In this document: piece by piece, positions 56,401-64,000 of the stretch
How the letters are laid out: each line of letters begins with the position of its first letter
How positions within the stretch are numbered: the stretch's first letter is position 1
Assembly: GCF_009914755.1 (NCBI RefSeq)
Contig: NC_060947.1
Source of the DNA: the human T2T-CHM13v2.0 reference genome, Homo sapiens
DNA: 64,000 nucleotides
Strand: one strand, 5' to 3'
Made by a program: the position numbers and the translations under genes
The notes under the pieces: model-generated
The model's database searches: none
What the model saw: only the letters and a program-made list of their open reading frames with translations
Told to the model about the DNA's origin: nothing

Positions 56401-57273
56401 AATTTTGCACACTATGCATCTGACTAAGGTCTAATAAGGAACTTAAACAAATGTACAAGCTAAAAACAAACAACCCCATTAAAAGGTGGGCAATAATATG
56501 AAAAGACAGTTTTCAAAAGAAGACATATATGTGGCCAATAAGCATATGAAAAAAAGCTCAACATCACTGATGATTAGAGAAATGCAAATCAGAACCGCAA
56601 TGAGATACCATCAGAATGGCTATTACTAAAAGTCAAAAATAACAGATGTTGTCAAAGTTATGGAGAAAAAGGAATGCTTATACACCATTGTGGAAGACAA
56701 TGTGGTGATTCCTCAGGGACCTAAAATCAGAAATACCAATAGACCCGGCAGTCCCATTACTGGATATATACCCAAAGGAGTATATAAATCGTTCTATTAT
56801 AAAGACACTTGCATGCGTTTGTTCATTGCAGCACTATTCACAAAAGCAAAGACATGAAATCAATCCAAATGCCCAACAATGACAGACTGGATAAAGAAAA
56901 CATGATACATATAAACCATGGAATAATATGCAGCCATAAAGGAACAAAATCATGTCCTTTGCATGGATGGAGCTAGAGGTCATTATCCTTAGCAAACTAA
57001 CACTGGAACAGAAAACTAGATACCGCATGTTCTCACTTATAAGTGGGAGCTAAATGATGAGAATACATGGATGCATAGAGGGGAAAAACACAAACTGGGG
57101 CCTATTAGAGGGTGGACGGCGGGAGGAGGGAGAGGATCAGAAAAAATAACTAATGGATACTAGGCTTAATACCTGTGTGATAAAAAAATTGGTACGGCAA
57201 ATCCCCATGATATACATTTATCTATGTAACAAACCTGCACATCCTTCACATGTACCCTGAACTTAAAAGTAAA
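53461..57273 (+). mobile_element. 5'-truncated L1 (about L1PA10-13) inserted in ERV-L gag, itself split by a younger L1
   Basis: ORF2 C-terminus and 3'UTR at 53461-53599 and 55708-57273. 18-bp TSD with 3 mismatches at 53443-53460 and 57274-57291. Confidence 0.85.
53600..55707. mobile_element. L1PA2-like insertion with 5' inversion: 3' end on the minus strand (53600-53908) and ORF1/EN segment on the plus strand (53909-55707)
   Basis: T-tail at left, junction CATGTCCC|GAAACTCT, TSD AATTCAAT at 53592-53599 and 55708-55715. The 3'UTR carries the non-Ta GAG diagnostic. ORF1 has a premature TGA at 54268-54270. Confidence 0.9.
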
Positions 57274-60200
57274 AAAGAAAAGAATAAGCTCAAAAAATCT
57301 ATGTAAATGATCTAAGAGTCTCTAAGTGTGCTCTGGTAAGAATCTTCTCTCCTATAGCCACAGGCTAAAATTGCTGAAAACTGAACACCAGCCCTCATTA
57401 TCCCATTGGGTGAATTACAAGAAAAGTTGAACCCTCACCCTTGTAGAATATCTACTGTTAAAGTGAGGATATGAATTGGGGAAAAAAAATTCCTGAAAGT
57501 TAAGATAGGAATGTGTGGAAACACTTGATAAAGCTAGGGACATTGACCATGTATATTGTGATGAGTCTTGTTTGCCAGAAGTAACCTCCTCATTCCCACC
57601 CGCTTGAGCATTCCCACCCACAGTTGTGTATGCCTCTCTACTTTTGTCTCAGGGGATTAATTCTGCATTGCCTAAGAAAATGGTAATGACCTCCGGGGCA
57701 TTTGCCAAGCAAGATGATGATTCTTCTTGGGACCAATTCCCACCACCCCGCTTTGCTTTTAGACCTATAAACTAGTCTCAAGTCATAACTGGCTCCTAAA
57801 GATGATAAAAAAGTGTAACGCATGAGGGGGTATACTACATCCCAAAGAACTACTTGATTTTTTTAATTTTATACAAGCAGAAATCCAGATAACGTGGGGG
57901 AATGCATATTAGGAGTGTGGAATTATTGTGGAAGAAACATAAAGTTAGATCAGGCTTATATGGATTCACTAAGCAGATATTCTCCATTTAATGTTACAGC
58001 TCAGGGAGTTAGAAAAAGCACTAAAAGTTTCTCTAGTTCATTGGCTGAAACAGGTATCAAAATATGGCCCATGGTAAGCATGTTGGAGATGCCCCATCTC
58101 CCTTGACTTACCATAGAGGAAGGAATTCAAAGCCGTAGGGATATTGGAATACTAGAGTAAATTTGTCATGTAAAATCTACTCACCTATGCCAGGAAAGTT
58201 CAGAAGATATACCTTTCACCAATACCTTGTGAAATAGATTTGTGAGGGGATCTCCAGTACCCCTGAAGTGCTCCATGGTTGCACTTCCTTGTAAACTGGA
58301 CCTTACCATGGGATCCTCAGTCAATTATTTAAAAAACTTAAATGTAATAGGAATAATTAGATCTTGGGGTGGTAGAGGCCATGTTGTGGTACTCAGCTCT
58401 CAAAGGTAAGGTGTGCATAGTTACCATAATAGACAGCAAAGGCAAAGCAACAAACAGAATCGTCTGATTTTCATGGATCTATGGCATCGGCTAGTTAAAC
58501 ATGGTGTTCCTAGAAGTGGACAGATAGAAAACTGCTGAATTTTTACTTTATATAAGTAGAAAACTTTCAAGTCAAGTAAATAAAAGTTTAACCCAAGTAA
58601 TAGAAACAGAGAACAATGGGTCCTAAATCAATTCCCAGACTTGAGCCAGTTTACAGACCTAGAAAACCTTGAATGAAAGGGAGACCAGATCTCCTCCAGG
58701 AGGAACACCAGTACACTACTAAAAATCTGTACCACTTATTTTTATCCCATTTTTTCTTCAAAGGGACCTATGGTGTTTTACCTGGGTAACTGCAGTGGAG
58801 AAAGAGAAATAATAATACTTTTCAGGGACTAGTGAACACTGGCTCTGAAGTGACACTGATTACATGAGATCCAAACATCACTGTGACCCTCCAGTTAGAG
58901 TAGGGCTTCACGGAGGTTAGGTGATTAATGCAGTTTTAGCTCAGATTCCACTCACAGTGGGTCCGGTGGGTTTCTGAATTCATTCTGTGATCATTTCCTC
59001 AGTTCCAGAATGCATAACTGGAATATACATATTTAGCAGCTGGCAGAATCTCCACGCTGATTTTTTAACCTGTGTAGTGAGGACTATTAAGTGGAAATGG
59101 CCAAATGTAAACCACTAGAACTGGTTCTATCTAGGAAAATAGCACAGCAAAAACAATACTGCAGTCCTGGAGGTAATGCAGAGATTGATGCCACCATCAA
59201 GGACTTCAATGATGCAGGGGTGGTGATTCCCACCACATCTCCATTCAACTCTCCTTTTTGGCCTGTGTAGAAGAAAGATGAATCCTGGAGAAGGACAGTG
59301 TGTTACTGTAAGCTTAACCAAGTGGGGTGACTCCAATTGCAGCTGCTGTACCAGATGTGGTTTCATTTCTTGAGCAAATTAACACATCTTCTGGTACTTG
59401 GTATGTAGCTAGTGATCTGGCAAAAACCTTTTTATTGATCCCTGCCCATAAGATCCACCAGAAGTAGTTTGCTTTCAGCTGTCAAGGCCAGCAATATGCC
59501 TTAATTGTCCTACCTTATCTCCAGCCCTGTGTCACAGTTTAGTTTGTAGATATCTTGATTGCCTTTTTCCCCTGACAATATATCACACTGGTGTGTTATA
59601 TTGATGACATTTTGCTGACTGGACCTAGTGAACATGAAGTAGAAGCCACTCTGAATTTATTGCTAAAACATTTGCATGTGAATGGAAAATAAATCTAACT
59701 AAAATTCAGGGGGCTTCTACCTTAGTGAAACTTCTAAGGGTCCAATGGTGTGGTAATATCCTTTCTAAAGAGAAGGATAAGTTGTTACATCTGGCCCCTC
59801 CTACAACCAAGAAAGAGGCACAACATCTAGTGGGCCTATCTAGATTTTGGACAAATCATATTCCTCATGTGAGTATATTACTCTGTGCCATCTACTGAGA
59901 CACCTGAAAAGCTGCTAGTTTTGAGTGGGACTTAGAACATAGTGCTCTGCAACAGGTCCAGGCTGCTGTGCAAGCTGTGCTGCCACTCGGGCCTTAGGAT
60001 TCAACAGATCCAATGGTACTTGAGGTGTCTATGGCAGATATAAATGCTGTTTGGAGTCTTTGGCAAGCCTTTACAGGTGAATCACAGTAAAGGCCCCTGA
60101 GATTTTTGAGCAAGACCCTGTCATTATCTGAAGATAAATACTATCATTTTGAGAGACAGCTTTTGGCCTGTTACTTGGCCTTAGTAGACACTGAATGTTT

Positions 60201-63200
60201 GGCTATGGACCACCAAGTTACCATGAGACCTGAGTTTCCCATCCTGAACTGTGTGTTACTTTACCCACCAAATCATAGAGTTGGTTGGGCACAGCAGTAT
60301 TCCATCATCAAATGGAAGTCGTATATACGTGATCAGGCCCCAGCAGATCATGAAGACACAATTAAGGTATATGAAGAATTGGCCCCAAAAACCCATGGTT
60401 CCTTCTCCTGCTATACCACCTTCTCTCTCTCAGCCTGCACCGATGGCCTCATGGGAAGTACCCTATAATCAACTGACACAGGAAGAAAGGACTAGGGCCT
60501 GGTTAGAGATGGTTCTACATGATATGTAGGCACCACCCAAAAGTGGAGAGCTGTAGCAGCATAGTCACTTTCTGCGACAACCTGGAATGGCAATGGTAAA
60601 GGGAAATCTTCTCAGTGGGCAGTAATTTAGGTAATGCACCTGAATGTGCACTTTGCTTGAAAGTAGAAATGCCAAATGTGTGGTTATATACTAATTCACG
60701 GGCTGTAGCCAATGATTTGGCCAAATGGTCAAAGACTTGGAAAGAACATGATTGAAAAACTGGTGACAAAGAATTTGGAAAAGAGATATGTGAATAAAAC
60801 TCTGAGCAGGCAAAGTATATGAAGATATTTTTGTCCCATGTGAATGCACACCAAAGAATGACCTCAGCAGAGGAGGACTTTGATAATCAGGTGGATAGAA
60901 TGACCTACTCTGTAGATACTAGTCAACCCCTTTCCTCAGCCACCCCATCATTGCTCAGTGGGTTCATGAACAAAGTGGCAATGGTGTGATGGTAGAGATT
61001 ATGCAGGGACTCAGCAACATGGACTTCCACTCACAAAAGCCAGCCTGGCTATGGCCACTGCTGGGTGCCCAATCTGACGGCAGCAGAGATCAACATCTTA
61101 GATGATCATTTCCTGGGATAATCAGCAAGCTACCTGGTGGCAGGCTGATTATATTGGACCACTTCAATAATATAAGGAACTGTGTTTGGTCTTTAAAGGA
61201 ATAGACACTAGATATGGATTTGCTTTCCCTGCACACAATGCTTCTGCCAAAACTACCATATGTGGACTCATAGGATGTCTTATTTACCATCATGGTGTTC
61301 CACACAGCATTGCTTCTGACAAAGGAACTCACTCCATAGCCAAAGGAGTATGGCAGTGGAGTCATGCTCATGGAATTCACTGGTATTTCCATACTCCTCA
61401 TCATCCTGAAAAAGCTGGTTTAATTGAATGGTGGAAGAGTCCTTTGAATTCAAAATTACAGCACCAGCTAAGTGACAATACCTTGCAGAGCTGGGGAAAG
61501 GTTCTCCAGAAGGCTGTATATGCTCTAAATCAGTGCCCAATATATGCTACTATTCCTCCCATGGCCAGGATTCATGGATCCAGAAATTAAGAGGTGAAAA
61601 TGGGAGTGGCATCACTCACTATTTATTATCCCTAGTGACCTGCTAGCAAAACTTTTGCTTCCTGTTCCTGTGACTTTATACTCTTCTGGCTCTAGACATC
61701 TTAATTCCAAAGGGAAGAATGCTTCCTCTATGAGACACAACAGTAATTCAATTGAACTGCTCGTTAAAGCTGCTGCTCAGCCTCTTTGGGCTTCTCATGC
61801 TTCTGAGATAATAGGATAAGAAGGGAGTTACACAGTTTGCTGGGGTGATTGATCCAGACTACCAAGGGCAAATTGAACTACTACTTCACAATGGAGTTAA
61901 GGAGATGTCTGGAATATGGAAGATCCCTTAGGGCATCTCTTAGTACTACTATGGCCTGTAATAAAGGTCAATAGAAAATCACAACAACCCAATTTAGGCA
62001 AGATTACTAATGGCCAGACTTCAGGAATAAAGATTTGGGTCACTTCACTAGATAAAGGACCACCACCAGCTAAGGTACTTCCTGAAGGCAAAGCGGGTAC
62101 TAAATATATAGTAGAAGAAAGTAGTTACAAACACCAGCTAGGGCCATGTAACCAGTTACAGAAATGAAGACTAATTGTTATAAGAATTTATTTCCTAATG
62201 TGTTAAGAATATGTCTGTGTATATATATATACACATATTATGTATTATCTTTGTTTTCACTCTTATCTATCATGTAATATAAGATTGACTGAATTTATAT
62301 CAGTATATAAGTATTGTTAATTGTACATAATAGTATTCAAGTCATAGTGTATAAGGAGAAGAATAAACATCACCAAAAAAACTTTACCTTTTCTTCTGGG
62401 AAAAGGACTAATGCATTTTACTTGCATGTAGAATAGGTGTATCATGTTAAGTGGAATTATTACCTTGTTATTGTGTTACTTGGAGATTAAGTATGGTTTA
62501 AGGAGATGTATATGGGTGCCAAGTTGACGGTGAGTGGGCTTGTGATAGTTAATTTTAGATGTCAACTTGACTGGACTGAGGAATACCTAATAACCTGATA
62601 AAACATTATATTTAGGCGTGTCTTTGAGGGTGTTTCCAGAGATAAGCCTGTGAGTCTGAGAGGACTAGGTGGGGAAGATCCACCATCAATGTGGGAAGGC
62701 ATCATCCAATGTGTTGGTGGGCCAGAGATAACTACAACAGAGAAAAGGTGAATATGTCAATCTATTTGCTGAAGCTGGGATACTGTTCCTTTCCAGGCTC
62801 CCAGGCCTTTGGACTCCAGGACTTATTCCAGTGCCCCTCTGTGATCTCAGGCTTTCGGCCTTGGACTGAGAATTGCACCGTCAGTTTTCCTGGTTCTGAG
62901 ATCTTCAGACTTGGACTGAGTTACACTACCAGCACCCCAGGGTCTCCAGCTTGCAAATGGCCTTTCATGAAACTTAGTATCCATAACCATGTGAGCCAAT
63001 TTTCCTAATAAATTATCTCTCAATTTTTATATATATATATATATTTGTGTGTGTATACATATATATGTACACATACACACATACACGTATCATGGATGAC
63101 ATGGCCCATAAATAAGGTCAATGGAAAATTACAACAACCCAATAAAGACAAGACTATGAATGGTCCAGACTCTTCAGGAAGGAATAATACAAGAGACAGA

Positions 63201-63289
63201 ATGAATATTCGATTAGTTCTGTGTCTCTGGAGAACCTTGAATAATATAAGAATATTTTTCTTCTAGAGATGAGTAAGGGCTGCTGGCAT

Positions 63290-64000
63290 TCTCTTAGTAA
63301 TGACTGGTTATTCACAGAGGACATGATTGTGTACAGAGAAAATTCAAAGAGATCTATAAAAACTACTAGATCTAACAGGCAAATTTAGCAAGGTCCCAGA
63401 ATACAGTTAACATACAAAAAATCATTTATGTTTCTATAAACTAAAAAACAAATTGGAGAAAGAAATGATAAAAGACAATACCATACAGTTTGGCAGTAAC
63501 TAATAAATTTTAAAATACATTTACCATATAAGCCAGCAGTCTCATTTTAGGTCATTACCCAAGTGAATTGAAAGCATACATTCACATAAAAACCTGTACA
63601 TGAATGATTATAGTAGTTTTATTTATAATTGCCAAAAACTCGACAAATTCCAGATGTTTTTCAAGAGATGAATAGATAAGCAAAATTTAGTATATATGTA
63701 TGATGGGCTAATATTTAGATTGACTCATACAACGTGATAAATCTTAAATGCTTTTGCTATAAAGCTAAATAAAAAGGCTAAACACTGTATGATTTCATTC
63801 AAATGACATTCTGAAAAAGACAAACCTATAGTGAAAAAGGAAACAGACCATTGGTAGACAAGGATTGGGCAGGGGTGTCTGAATGTCGAGGAGACAAATG
63901 TCAAGGAGAATTATTAGGATGATGGAACTCTACTATATCATATTGTGGTAGAAGATATATAAATCTATTCATCAAAACCCCTAGAACTGAACACAGCAGA
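63290..64000 (+). mobile_element. Old L1M (L1MC/MD-like) ORF2 and 3' fragments
   Basis: Degenerate LFTEDMIVY-like RT motif at about 63310-63335 and L1M 3'-type sequence (ccatataagccagcagtctcattttaggtcattacccaagtgaattgaaa). Confidence 0.7.

Larger units (their letters stand above)
52550..63248 (+). mobile_element. Older ERV-L provirus with MLT2B/C-like LTRs (5' LTR 52550-53118, 3' LTR 62541-63248); gag interrupted by an L1 composite
   Basis: Paired LTRs (TGTGATAGTTAATTTTAGATGTCAACTTGACTGG...), ERV-L gag/pol homologous to the neighbouring provirus, YIDD at 59597-59608, IN GIDTRYGFAFPA...HHGVPHSIASDKGTH. Confidence 0.9.

Overview
This is primate (most likely human) intergenic DNA made almost entirely of nested transposable elements. 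I see no intact cellular protein-coding gene. Main contents: (1) many LINE-1 copies of different ages, including a full-length L1PA with an 18-bp TSD (21277-27341) and an L1PA2-like 5'-inverted insertion missing about 2.9 kb (53600-55707); (2) a full-length, decayed class I ERV with MER83-like LTRs, a tRNA-Ile PBS and gag-pro-pol-env (7836-18027); (3) two HERV-L proviruses arranged head-to-head, one with MLT2A1 LTRs and a nested solo LTR18B; (4) MER4, MER41B and MaLR (MST-type) LTR elements and four Alus; (5) a full-length processed pseudogene of CBX1/HP1-beta with a perfect 18-bp TSD (32942-35153, minus strand). I cannot support a new biological system from sequence alone. The most unusual observations are: an inverted 5S rRNA fragment at the 5' junction of an L1 insertion (candidate twin priming on a second RNA), an ERV env that stays in one frame while gag and pro are frameshifted, a small hydrophobic ORF between pol and env, and a MaLR LTR directly upstream of and co-oriented with the HP1-beta retrocopy. 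Repeat subfamily names come from recalled consensus sequences and need RepeatMasker/Dfam confirmation.
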